A DNA stretch of 64,000 nucleotides from Vicugna vicugna (lineage: Eukaryota). Position 1 is the first letter of the stretch, and each line of letters opens with the position of its first letter. The notes under the pieces were generated by a model, which saw only the letters and a program-made list of their open reading frames with translations, had not been told where the DNA came from and did not search any database. Below are positions 40,383-53,660 of the stretch, one piece after another. The translations under genes were made by a program, and so were the position numbers. The stretch is from positions 4,133,003-4,197,002 of the forward strand of contig MU058065.1 of NCBI GenBank assembly GCA_013265495.1, in the 5' to 3' direction.

Positions 40383-41806
40383 TTATTTTTACAAACGAGT
40401 TTTAAAATGAACCATAAAGGCTATCAGGTACTATCAGTCTTTCTATATTTCTCTAAAAATGAGAAAAATGATCAAAACATCTATATATAATATTTTTTAA
40501 GCATAGGTTTAACAGTTCCTTAAGTTGGACATTACACTTCATGCAAATCATCTATGCACTGAGAAACTCTGAAAATACTTTTTTGCCTGGAGAATCTTTT
40601 TTTGTTCATTTGCTTTTAACCAAAAGTAATTATGTTTAAGTATTCCACAAAGAAACTTCTACAGAAGGCTATCCTAAAAATGCAACCTCGTTATGGAAGT
40701 AGGTGAGCCAATGAAAGAAAACAGTTTTTCTTTATCCTCATGTATCTTCTTTTATTTAAAGTCAGCAGAAAGAACTAATTAAGGCAAAGAGAAAGACAAA
40801 GAATTCAAAGTTTTACATGGCACGTGTGAGCTAATCTTCCCACAATAGAGGCGTATTTGAAAGGCTAAGTAACGTGCTCCTTCAACTGTACCCCATCTTG
40901 TGAACCTTCACCAGCAAGAGGGCGGAAGGAAGGCATCTCTTAGGGGTGCAGTTTGTTTCTCTCAAGACTTGCTTACCGAGTCACTACCATTCAAAACTAC
41001 AATGTCATAGTTCTCAGTTAAAAGAGAATAGTGGAAAATCATAAGACGTGTCAATGCTTGCTATCCCAAATACATGCTTCATGGGGATTTTATTTAGAAG
41101 GAAAGGTGCAATGAAGATTTTAAGAAGCAAATAAGTGGTGAATAAATTTGGGATGGACTTACACATTCATCCACCAAACGCTAGAAGGCTGTGGACCACA
41201 CAGAGCAAAGAAATGTACTGAACCATCCATTTAGAAAGTCATTTTGAATGTAGGCAGCAAAATGGCTGTGCGCATGAAAAGCCACGACTTTATTTTGAGA
41301 GATCCTTTCTAAGAATCCTGAAATATTAATAACATGGTCTTAATGTAGTAGAAGACAAAAGAATGTGTTAAGGGTACTAAGGGTTGCTGAGAATAGCACA
41401 ATGACAATTTTGTGTTTTCTGCTTGCGTGTGTAAAAGCAAGAGGAACGGAGAGTAAAAATAGTCGGTGTGTTTTTAAAGAACAGCGGTCTTCAGTTTTCT
41501 AAATAGGTATACAATTCTGTATTCCCCAAATGACTTCACAAATACTTATTCTTGGTAAAATATTCATCTACCAGCTTCAAGGAAACATAGAAGAAAAGTA
41601 CAAAATTGCAAACTATTTTTTCCCCTTAAATAAACATGTCTATACACAACTAATTTTTGAAATTTTAAAAACATTTGAAAATTTTCATATTTGAAAATAT
41701 TTGAAACATTCTATTTGATTTTTTTGTGAACTACAAATTTAATTCTTTAACTGGAAGTAGTCCTATAGAAGTTGAGGAAATAGCAATGCTCTTGTTTCCT
41801 AACAGG

Positions 41807-41964
41807 TTTTTTTTTAATATTTATATATTATTGTATTATTTAATTTGGGGGGGCAGGATGTGGGGGGAGGTAATTAGGTTTATTTATTTATTTTTGTAGG
41901 AGGTACTGGGGATTGAACCCAGGACCTTGCGCATGCGCTCTATTCCTTGAGCTACACCCTCCCC
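41807..41964 (-). mobile_element. tRNA-Ala-derived SINE (Vic-1-like), antisense, with an internal deletion in the anticodon region
   Basis: Reverse complement of the SINE consensus: ggtaattaggtttatttattt...ggaggtactggggattgaacccaggacct...gagctacaccctcccc. Confidence 0.88.
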
Positions 41965-43601
41965 TGCAGCAAGTTATTGAATGTGTTCTATTTTCACATT
42001 GCAATGAATCAGTCATAGACCAGTTTTTGTTGTTGATCTTCCACTCCCATCGTGAGTTTTTGAATTTTGATGCCAGATGAAATGAAGGATTTCGTCAGGA
42101 ACTCGGAAAGTTTTCCTCCAGCATCCAGATGTGAAAAAATAAAAGCAATTTATCCCTTCTTGGCAGTCCTATCCCCGAGTGACCAGGTTTTCACAAGTTG
42201 ACTTTGTTGGCTGTGACTGATCGAGTGACAGATGGGACCCAGTGGGCTTGTGTCAAGTTCAAGGACTCCTTGTATTTGAAGTGAGAAGGACAGGCTTGAC
42301 CCTCAGTGCTTCTTCCTGCCAAAGCTGGAGGTTTTGATTTTAATCGAACCCCTAGGGCTGTCTTAAGCATGACCAAAAAGCACCTTGCAGGTTGAACCTT
42401 ATCTAATTATGTGATGTGTATAAACTTGAGACACATAAATCTCAGTCACTGGAGCAAGATGTTTTTCTAAGATGCTCCGGTCCAGTGAGAGAAAGCAAAT
42501 AAGGGAGAGATTGATCTCCGAGCGCTTTTATTGTCGGTGTGCCACACGTCATAAAGTTTTGGCTCATTAAAGGAAATTCCATAAACAACTAGTTAATAAT
42601 GATGAAATAACTTGTCCCTTTCTGGAGCTTCTGCTAAACTCCCTTTCCGCTTGCCATTACAAGAGCATGATTAAGAAAATACCAACAGGATGTGCTAGAG
42701 GGAGGAACAGGCTTCAGTTGGAAGCCATACGGATGCTTGATGGATGAGTAACGAGCCGGGGAACGTGGCCATATCTCCTCAGAGCATCACGCAGTTCTGT
42801 GACTGTCTCTTTTTCCACTCGTTTGAGTAAAATCTGCTGGATGGCTGGCGTGGTTGGTCTCTTGCAGTGGTCACGCTGATGGAAAGTGCCTGTTGGGTCC
42901 TTCTCTCAGCTAATTCTTTTGATAGCAGAGAAACACCCAAGGTATGTGATAAATGGAGAAGACTGTGAGTCATACTGGAAAGATTGTGGGTAACCATCAC
43001 ATTTTTTTTTTTGGTACCTCTGATCTTAATGAAACAGCTATTTTTAATGGCCTTGTCCCTGTGGGTTTAATTCGTATGGTGTCGGTCAATTTTTATTTTC
43101 GGTTGAGGCAGATTTGGGAGGCAGTCATAAAGGGCATAGGGGAGGAAAAAAAGGGAGAGCGAGGCCCTATTAATTATTTTTTATTGTGAGGCTTCCCAGA
43201 ATTATTGAGTTTTTCCACATTAGTAAAAGCAGCCCGCAGTGTCAGTGTGATGTTTGTTAATATGAAGTCATGGAAAGCGTGTCAGGTGCGTGAGGAGCTA
43301 CGTGGTCCGTGTTCTCTGCACCAGCCGCTTGGGCTGCATGTGCAGAGGGAGGAGGGTGTTGGCAAAATGGAGGCAGGGAAGAACAGGAGGGCTTTATTCA
43401 TTTGAAAGTAAACACAAGGTATCTGCTGATCTTAAAAAATAATCTTAACATACATATTCCAGAACCTACTGTGGGTAGTTTATATTACTTTCCCCTGAAA
43501 TTGTGATCCGCGTCTTACCAACTCTTTTCTTTGATGCTTGGTTGCTTTTGTTGGTCTTTCACTTTGGTTCTTTCTGTAGCAGTGATTAAGAAATAATCAC
43601 C

Positions 43602-43666
43602 GTGCTCGAGGTCCTGGGTTCAATCCCCAGTACCTCCATTAAAGAGAAAAACAAACAAACAGAAAA
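43602..43666 (+). mobile_element. 5'-truncated tRNA-derived SINE
   Basis: gaggtcctgggttcaatccccagtacctccattaaa plus A-rich tail; 14-bp TSD AAGAAATAATCACC (43588-43601) / AAGAAATTATCACC (43667-43680). Confidence 0.88.
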
Positions 43667-43987
43667 AAGAAATTATCACCAACCAATTTTTTGGATACCC
43701 TTTCAGCTGGTTGATCCAAGATCATGCTCTCGGATTCCATAGCATGTGGCCAAATGTTCAGGCTTGGGGGGCAGAACACTTGAGGTCAAAGCTGCTCCCT
43801 GACATTTGCCAGATGCGTGGTCTGGTGCCGACAGTTTACTGCTCAAAGCTGGTATTCCTCATGCCTGAGGTAAGGCTAATAATGGTGCTTAAGGAAAAGG
43901 GAGCTGTAAGGATCAAACAGCATCGCGTATATAAGCATGTAGGAAGCACTTGGTAAACTTTAGCTGTGATTTTATTGATACCACTGG

Positions 43988-44089
43988 TTTTATTTTACTT
44001 TATTTTATTTTAATAGATGTGCTGGGGATCAAACCCAGGACCTCGTGCATGCTAGGCATGTGCTGTACCACTGAGCTATACCCTCCCCC
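43988..44089 (-). mobile_element. tRNA-Ala-derived SINE, short form, antisense, about 250 bp upstream of exon 4
   Basis: ttttatttt tail then gtgctggggatcaaacccaggacctcgtgcatgctaggcatgtgctgtaccactgagctataccctcccc. Confidence 0.9.
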
Positions 44090-44262
44090 ACCCAATATAT
44101 AACAGGTTTTAAGAAAAATTTTCCCCAGGGCTTTGCCACCTGACCAGTAGTGTTAATGACCCTTACAGAGTGATGGTTGCCAATGACTGTTTTTGGTTGC
44201 TTTACCCGCATCTTCAGCCAGATGATCACTAGTGATTAGCAAAGATGTCCCCCTTCTTCTGA

Positions 44263-44667
<405 letters not shown>

Positions 44668-45739
44668 TGATCTTGTCGCTTCAAAATGCACAGCTGCCAA
44701 CAGACTACTTTGTGGAGAAGAGATTGAACATTCAGGGGTTGTCTGACAGTATCATTTGAGCTGAGATTAGGATTTATAAATGGCTTTACAGTTCGTTTCA
44801 TGAGATCTCTTGGGGAAGCTTGACAGCTGTAGGGGAAACAAGGGTGGGGCGGGGTTCCAAGGATGGGATCACATGTGGGCAGGTGGCTTCAGTTCTGTGA
44901 CTGATGTCATAGCTCGTGCCTTGCGTGTCCCTTCTCCATTCTTTCCTCCGAGTTTTGTGTTCATAACATTTAAGCCTGGATCCCAGTAAATGCTTGTTGA
45001 GTGATGGGCACTGAATATGTGTTGGATTAAGGAATGGATGGGGTTGGCACCCCAGTGCGGAGGGAGGTGAAGAAATCTTTTCTCACACTTGGGTGTTCCT
45101 GAGTGTAGCCATTCCTTTCATGCACACTCCGGGCTTCACAGACCCTGCAATGGCTGGGACCTTACCGGAGCAGGGAGTGGTGGGCCAGGTGGCCCTCCTC
45201 TGCTTTCTCCTTGGGTGAGTCTGTGTGGTGGGACAGAGCCCAGTGGCCCCCAGTGGCCAGACACAGGCTTTCCTCAGGTTTTGGCGTGGCTTCCCAGCCC
45301 ACCGTCTAGTACCTGAGGGACTGCTGAGTCTTTTGAGTCTCAGTCTCCTCATCTGTCGAATGGACTAATAACAGTACCTCCCTCACGGTTGCGGCTACTC
45401 AGCACCCTCGTGTGGTTTACATACTGTGTGAGATGCATGAAATCATGCTACTTGATGGGTTTCAGCTTTTACTGTCATTATGACTGTTCTTAATTATTTT
45501 TGTTTTGTACCTACCATAAATTCCGTCTTGGCTAGCCTGGAAACATCACAGCAAATAGAAGCCTCTCTGGTCTGGGGGCAGTCGGGCCAGCCGTGGGGCC
45601 ATTGTCTAGCCCTGTCAAAGGAGTGGGCGGAGGAATTTCAGGTCCATCCCACATTTGTATGGAAATTGCCGTACCCTCAGGAGTTCCTTTCATAACCAGA
45701 GATGATGATGGTTATAGTAATAATAACAACAACCACATT

Positions 45740-45910
45740 TTATAATTATACCCAGGTGGTGTATTAGACGCTTTCAATAAACCTTATCACAGGGCTCCTG
45801 GGATAACAAATCTATGAGATAGACATTATCTTCATTTTACAGACGAGACAACTGCTCACTCAGAGATGTTAGGGAACGTGCCCAGGATGCCACCCCACTT
45901 GGTGATGGAG
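45740..45910 (-). mobile_element. MIR SINE
   Basis: ctatgagatagacattatcttcattttacagacgagacaactg..cagagatgttagggaacgtgcccagg. Confidence 0.7.
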
Positions 45911-47528
45911 CCGCACCCCCGGAAGACTCACAGAGTCCCAGCTTAGTGGGTGGTGCTCCTGCCCCTCCCCCAGCTCAAGCGAGAACTTTCAGAGGGAAGG
46001 AGTCTACTGGGGCCAGCCTTCGGTGGAAGCGCAAATGGGCAAAGATTGCCTCATCTACTTTTCTGTTCCTTCCATAGACTGAGTACTTTCTCTGGATGCC
46101 GTGTATGTTTGATATGCTCAAGTTCCAGCTTTTTCTTTTCCAATCTAAATATTCTTCTCGTATGTTCCATGTGGTTGGTTTCATCATCAACTCTCCTCCC
46201 CTACCCACATCCACTACCACCGTTTCTCCAGCGGTGAGATTTTAGAGCGCAGAAGGAAGCCACAGTGTGATAACTGCTCCCAATTTGCATCAGGCAGCCC
46301 ACCGCCCACTTCCCACCCAGAGAGAGCAGCCTTCTCTCGGCTGGGGTCTGACTGTGCTGGAACCTCGTAACATTCACCTTTGGTGGCGAGACAACCGGGC
46401 TTTTGCTCCCAGGCATTTTCAGTCTCGTGATTCTAATCTGTTGTCTGGTGATCTCGGGGACCATGGGCCAATCGCTTAATTCCAGCAGCTTGCCTCGCGG
46501 GAGTTTAGGGAGACCCCAGAGGTTGCTACAGGCCCCAGTTACTGGCACGTTCGCCTTATGTGTAAGTGTGGTATCTGGACCCTTGGAATGTTACGCTTCT
46601 GTAAATCGTTAATTGTCAGCTTTACCTTGAATATGCGAATGAGAAAAGGAAAATATTGATTTTAGCCTATGCGGAAACCCCAAAGTTTCAAAGCTAAGGT
46701 AAACGTTTGCATTTTTCAGAGACTGTTTTTAGCAGTATAGGAGAAGACTAGTGGCTTTTTTGTGTCATTGATAAGAGGTCCATAAAAATACGAAAGCAAT
46801 TTGCAATCCTTTCTTTCCTGGCCTGGTTCTCTGGGCTAACTCAAAATCTCTGCATGACTCTAATGTTTATTGCCTCCCTCTGATCCCAGTTAAGAAGAAA
46901 CACAGTGCTGATATTAACACCACAAACTGGCAAGATAGTTAACCTCTCCAAGCCTCAGTTAACTCACCTGCAAAATGGGATTCTTTCTACCTGTGGGTTT
47001 GTTTTAAGAATTAAGTAAGAAAATATTTGCATGGATCTGGTACATGGTAGGGGTCTAACAAATGTTTGTTCTCTTCTTTTATCTCCAGCTGGTCTCTTCC
47101 TCCCCCAAACTACCCGACAGCAGGTTGCCCGGCACTCACTGCCTCTCTATGGGGGACTTTCTCACTTGAGTGCACGATTACATTACCCATGGCTGTCCTG
47201 AAACCCTGAAGCTTTGGGGGCGGGACTAAGGCATCCATATTCTCAGAAGTTGCTCCCCATCTTGGTGCCCCCTCAAAATAAAACAAAAACATGGCCCCCA
47301 TAAATCTACTGCACAGACAAGGTTGAGACCACTTCAGAGTTGAATTTTTAAGTTCTTTTTAAAAAAATTTACTAAGCATGATGCAGTACTCTTAAGACCT
47401 CTCTGAGACACGGATCGTCTGGGAGATGGCCACTGATAGATGTACTGGTAAGTAAGCAGCAGAATGAAAATCTGTTCTGGCCTACGGCTCTCCGTCAGAT
47501 TTCTCCCTTCTCGGTCAGTACCTTGGAC

Positions 47529-47732
47529 CCGCCATATCCAATACAGTAGCCGCTAGGCACACGTGGCTATTTTAAATTTAAACTTAACCAACATTAAGTT
47601 TAAAATTCAATCTCTAACTTACACTTGCCCCATTTCAAGGGCCCAAGAGCCACATGCAGCCAGCGGTGACCATACCGGACCGCACTGCTATAGACTTACT
47701 TCTGTCCTCTCAGACAGTGCCACGGGACAGTG
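47529..47732. mobile_element. MER3-like (hAT-Charlie) element
   Basis: tccaatacagtagccgctaggcacacgtggctattttaaatttaaa...catttcaagggcccaagagccacatg. Confidence 0.75.
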
Positions 47733-48436
47733 GGGGAGCAGGTTTCTCAACAGTGAAGACAGTGGGAGTTTCTCTGAGAACCTCTTGTTCCAATAACCCA
47801 GAGAATGAAGCCCTTCCCCCCTCGCCCCGCCCCCAGCTTTCTGGGCCTCTCTTGACAAGATGTGGGGATGGAGGGGAACATAAACACCAGGGATCCTTTC
47901 AAACTGATTCCAGCCTCTAATCAGTTCTTACCAGTTGGTTAAGCCAGGTGACAAACCCAATTCCCTTGTGCTGACAGCCATGATAATCAGGGGCCTTCCT
48001 TGTTCATTATGCTGTCTTTAACCCCAACATTTTTATGCAGCCCTGCGTTTGGTGATCGCTCACTGTGACGGCACACTAATGAAGAAATAAAATACACTAT
48101 CTGAGACTCATTCTTCTAGCCAAAGAGAGACTCTGCTCCACTGGCTTGTAAAATCAGGTTTTTGTTCACGTGGAGAACGATTAGACCAGGTGAATACAGG
48201 CAGCATTGGCTAATTTAGGAGGAAGTGCCCAAGGAGTTCCTCACACCCTGGGTTGAGTTGCTGGACAACTTCAGGGAATTTCGTGGCGGATAAAATTTCT
48301 CTCATGGAGGAACTTTGCTGGAGCCTCTGGTCAGGTTAGGATAAATGGCTGTGGGTGAGACAGGCAGTGTTTCAATGGAGGCATCAGATGAACATTTTCA
48401 AGAAGAGAATCCATTCCTGTTAGAGTAGAGGGAACA

Positions 48437-48573
48437 ATGCTTCTTACACATGCATGTGCATGGAAATCACCTGGGGCTTGGTGGGAGAGGTCAGGCCTGA
48501 CAGTCTGCGTTCCTAACACGTTCCCAGATGCTGCAGATGCTCCTGGTCTGTGGACGACCTTCAGGTAGTAGGG
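48437..48573. mobile_element. MER5A-like element
   Basis: aatcacctgggg...tctgcgttcctaacacgttcccagatgctgcagatgctcctggtctgtggac.accttcaggtag. Confidence 0.7.
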
Positions 48574-51500
48574 ATTTAGATCCTCCCTGATGGATGGCAA
48601 GAGCTGGGAGACCCTTCTCTCTCATGCTTGTCACTTTCAGTCTATTTCTTCAGCTCAGTGATGACTTGAAGAAGATATTTCAAGGGTTCTGAATATTCTC
48701 GCTTCATGAAAATTGAATACTTCGTTTGTCTCCCAGATGAAGAAAATTCCAACCTGGTCTGGAGTTGCATAATCAAATAAATACACACACACTGTGGACC
48801 TTGTTTGTTTGTCTCTTCCTCAGGAGTCCCCACTCGGTTACTAGGTTACTGCGAAAGAGTGGAGATGTCAGTGTTCACCTCAGATTCCTGTATCGGTCAA
48901 GAAAGACATCAGGGCTTTTGGCGACACTGCTGGCAAGGCAGATGCCCAGACCTCAGTACCCACAAGGATGCCATCGGAGCTGATGAAGGAATTCTGCTTT
49001 CCTGAATCATTTCTTAGGGGAAATTTCAATGTCACGTTTACCAATGAAATGAATGTCCTTTAACTCTACTAATCACCGACCCCTCCTCAATAGATCTCTT
49101 TCACCTTCCCTTTGCCTTTCTTCATAGTCAGGAATGTGGTCTGGTGGGCAGCAGTGCGGGGAGAAAGTCAACTGCAAGCCAGTGAAGGAAGACCTTGAAC
49201 AACGTAGTCATTTGGTAGCCTGTTCAGTGATTCTAGCGAGAAAGGTCTGCTTTCCCCCTTTGGGAGACTGAACCAATTTTACATTTAAGATAACTTTCCA
49301 ATCCCTTCATGTACTAGGGAAAAAAATGCTCTCTAGAAGATGTACATTGGCTCCGTACACCTAGGAAAAAATAACTAACTGGTCATTTTGCCTCTTCGAC
49401 TTCTGAGCACCGTTACCGGAGTGGTTTTTCATACTTTGCAATTGGAAATCTGTGCTTTAAATCCTCTTTGTTTAACTTGTTGGATGAAACTTATTAGAGC
49501 CTGGCAACTGGGGGGCAGTCTGAAAATAAAAGATTACTTTTATAGATTGCCACCTTGAAGGGCCTTCACAAATCTGTCTGTAAGTAAACGGCCCTGAGTA
49601 ATTCAGTCAACTGTGCCAAACAAACAAAGAGTGATTGATTGACGCTTGGACGAGGCCTAAAATATTCTAAAATTGCAGCTTTTAAGACAGTTTGTACTGG
49701 AGGAGCTCAGAGCTAATGAGGGCAAATGTACCAAGATCTTTGGCGAAGGGTCCTGATTTGAGAAGGCTTTCTGCAGGTTTAGGTTATCAAGAAGTTGAAA
49801 TAGCCTCGCTCCCAACAGCAAAACATCACTTACTTTGTCTTTACTTTTCGCTTTTTCTAATTGAATTTATCGTGGCATTGCATTTCCTCCAGAAAGTGTA
49901 TTGTTTTAAAATTACCATTTCAGTTCTATTACTCAAAGCCCTCACTTCTAATGCTTTCTGACAGTTATCAACATAATGAACCCTAATGAAATGATGAACA
50001 ATCTTCAGTGGAAACCCAGTGTGGATCCCAGTGGTGCTGTGTGACTGTGTTGTTAACATTTGAATGCAAATTAAAGTAACATCGTCCTGCCGTTGTTTCC
50101 AAGGTCAGGAGAAGAGAGAGAGACTTTTTTTTTCCAAGTGCTTTAATTTTGGAAATCTCGTATTCATTTTCAAACAAGCCCTTGAAACTTCCACTGATGT
50201 TCAGTTCAACTCTCTACCCCAAAGATTTACATGCTTGACGGTCCAGCTAAGGGATTTGGGCGGGGGACGGGGTGGGGGGATGTCTAACATGAGGCTTTCA
50301 TGTTAGAAACCATAGGATAAAAGGTAGCCTTCAGTTTCAAGTAAATCACTTTTTTTTTCTATCCAAAAGCATATTTCTTTTTGCTTTAGAGCTACAAGTA
50401 ACTAATAATATAATGATGGGAGGAAGGACGTTCTGTGAAATTGATCAGTGAGGGTACAATTTGCTCTGGTGACAGACTGCTTAGTAAACGAGTGAGAATA
50501 AAGGCCCAAGATTCCCAAAGTTTTGTTAATGAAAGTCTTTCAGAAAATTCATTGATTGATCTCTCATTTCACATTTCATTATCCATGTAATCAATCATTT
50601 TTTGAGAACATATTTTTATGAAAACTCATGAATCTAAAGTTTGCTTCTTTCATGCCATTTGTCAAATTTACAATACTAGAGTATAGTTTTATATTCCATT
50701 CCATTTGTCATAGGATGAGAACTCATACTGAGACACCGGTGCCCCCCATTGCCAGATAATGTGACATGGTTTTTTTGAGTGGAACGTATCTTCCCACTGC
50801 CTGTCAAGCCAGATGATAAGCCAACGAATGTGCCTGTTCTCTAGACTGTACAAACTGATCAAAGCCACTGAAGACATTTTGATAATTCATGTGCAGTCTT
50901 CCACTCATTTCATTTCTAGGCTGCTTCTTTAGTTAGATCTCTAGTTCAAGGTCTAACATCTATTAGTCAGTAAACCACATCTTTGGTCCTTCCTTCTGGG
51001 TTTCCTTGTATGTTGACTACTGATAGGAAAAATTACCTCTCGAGAACCCGAGAGTCTTGCCTAAAGACATTTAAGGATATGGGGGGAAAGATCACCACGT
51101 ATAATTAACAGAAGACATAGGTGGAACCCAGGCTGATCACTGGCCATTTGGTAAAATTTTGAAAGTTTTAGGATATTTAATAAAGATCAGGTATCATCTC
51201 AATGAATTATGTTTTTAAAAGGCTATTTTAGCCTGTGCATTATCCTTCACCCTACTTCTAATTTTCTGCAGATAAACAGTCCAACGTAGACATTTTATAG
51301 GAATTAATACAATGTGGATTCAAGTAGGAAATGCCTACATTTAAGGAACACTGATGTGTGTCCAAGTGAAAGGCTGGAATCATCTACCAGTGTCATTTAG
51401 GCAGGTGATTACAATTTTTCCAGCATCATGAATAATTAATAATGACTTGTTATCACCCCAGCCCCGTCATTTCAGAGTAACATTTTTGACACTCTTCGTG

Positions 51501-53311
51501 GAAGTCCTACAGTGGTTGTGCACAGCATGCTTTGGTGAAACAAGGTCAATTATACATTTTTCTGAGATCCCCTGGGGTGAGAACTGGATCCCTCCTCTGC
51601 TCTTAGCATTTTGATTCTCGTCTCATAGTTGACTCATATTCTACATGCTGTCTACTGCTCGGCAGAAGATGGACTGAGGAAAGCGTCCTGTGACACACAT
51701 AGAATTGCCCCCTACCCTCCTGTGACCTTCCACCCAGGGAAAGATCCGTAAATGAAAACTCCTGCTCTTGAGTGGGGTGTAGGAACCAGGCAGAGAGAAC
51801 GACTCAGCTAAGACAACAGCACCGTCTAGGAAGAAATGCCAGCATCCTTCAGCTTAAAGGACAAGGAAGCTGGGAGAAATGTGAATTGAGAAAGCCAAGA
51901 ATGCTCCGGCTTTGTCCGCAAACAATTCATAGATAGGCTTCATTTTTCTGTGTGACTTGTTCATCTCTCTGGGAAGGGGGTCGTTCTGGCCTTTGAATCA
52001 GGGTTTCTGATCCTATCTTTCCACGTGTCGGCTGTGTGAATTTGAGTGAGTTGCTTAACTTCTCATATCTTGATTTTTGATCATCAGATTGCTTTGGGTA
52101 ATAAATACTTTTCTGCCAGATTTTATGATGGAGATTAAAGGAGATACAGGATGAAAAACAGGGCTTTGCAAGAAATGAATTCACAGGCCAGCTAATTCTA
52201 AAGCAAAATACTCATGCTTTTCATAGTTTTTCTAAATGGATAACTGAGAGTTTATAAAGTACTTCAACCATAAACTAGTCCTATCTTAAAGTCAAGAAAC
52301 CACAACTGCAATTAACTTGGTAAAGAAAAGACAAACAGTTCCTGGGTGTAGAATGGGAGAATAGATTTATCAGAAAAATAGGTGTTAGCAAAATTTCAGC
52401 AAGGAGTTGCTGCTCCAGGAAACCAAGAATTTTTCATAATGGTAAGAAGGGATTGCTATATCCAAACAGTTCTGGTTTGTCTTTTTTTTTTAAATAATGG
52501 GCAGTTCTGCCTTGGCTCTAAAGTCATTGCTAAAACACACAAACTGCCCTGATAAAAGGTTATGCACTGTGCATTTATCTCGGAGGAGGTGTCCCGGCAG
52601 CAGTCGTCCTGTAAACTCACCCCCGGCAGCAGAGACTGAGAGAAAGCAATTAGTAGCAGAAACATATACAGCTGTCGGGGGGCTGCATGGGCTTTATTTC
52701 AGAGTCAGAACTTACACACCCCAGCTGTTTATTCTGCCTCGGAACCTGTCTTTCAGCTGCAGAGAGATTAACAAAGGCTTATCTGAAGGGTTAGAGGGTT
52801 TTACAGCTGAAACACTGAAGTAATTATTGACAGCGCAAAAGTTGTACGTGATTAATGAAGCCTCAGGAAATGGACCTCCACACCCAAGGTGCTTCTTCCT
52901 CGGAAGCGATGTCTTGTTCTGGCTGCCATGGCATTTTAGTGGGGTGACAGTAGCGCTTCAAGAAATTGATCATTTAAGAATTACGTTTCTGCCCGTGCTC
53001 TGGGGGAATGTTTCTTCCCACGTCCGGAATTAATTTCATGGCTCAGGCATTGAATCTTAAGATGGTGATTAAAAATCAGTTAAGTAGTAAAAGTCTGCGA
53101 TAGCTCTGGAAACCACATTGCACTTGAGCTGGGCCACTTTGGTTTCCTGTCAGCTTGTCTCCTTGTCTTGACTGCAGACTTTTTTTAATTTAACCTTTGA
53201 GCAGGTGATTGCCTTCCACACCCGCACCCCCATCGCCTTTTGTGATGTGATAACATCCAAATGCTGTGACTGCGATGCTTCTGAGGAGTGAGCTGGACTG
53301 GCCTAAGAAAT

Positions 53312-53660
53312 CATCGCTCATTTATTTGTTCAGCAGACACCTAATAAGCATCTCCTACAAGTTTGGCATCTTTCTAAGGGCTGGGAGACTCTCGTAAAAC
53401 AGAACAGGGAAGACTCCTGTTGTCACAGAGCTTCTGTTCTAATAATAATATAAATAATAAAACAAGATAATATAGACTTCTCACAAGAAGGAAAAAACAA
53501 AAGATCATGTAATGGAGTAAAATGGAGGAAAGGGGAGGATTTCGCTTTGTGAAGAGTGGTGAGGACCAAGGGGGTGAGATCTGAACTGAGACCCAGGGGT
53601 AAGGAGGCAGCTCTTGAAAGAGCCAGGGGACAGAATTCCAGGCAGAACTACCGAGTCTAA
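53312..53660 (-). mobile_element. L2 LINE 3' fragment
   Basis: ctcatttatttgttcagcagacacctaataagcatctcct...cctgttgtcacagagctt...gaattccaggcaga. Confidence 0.6.
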
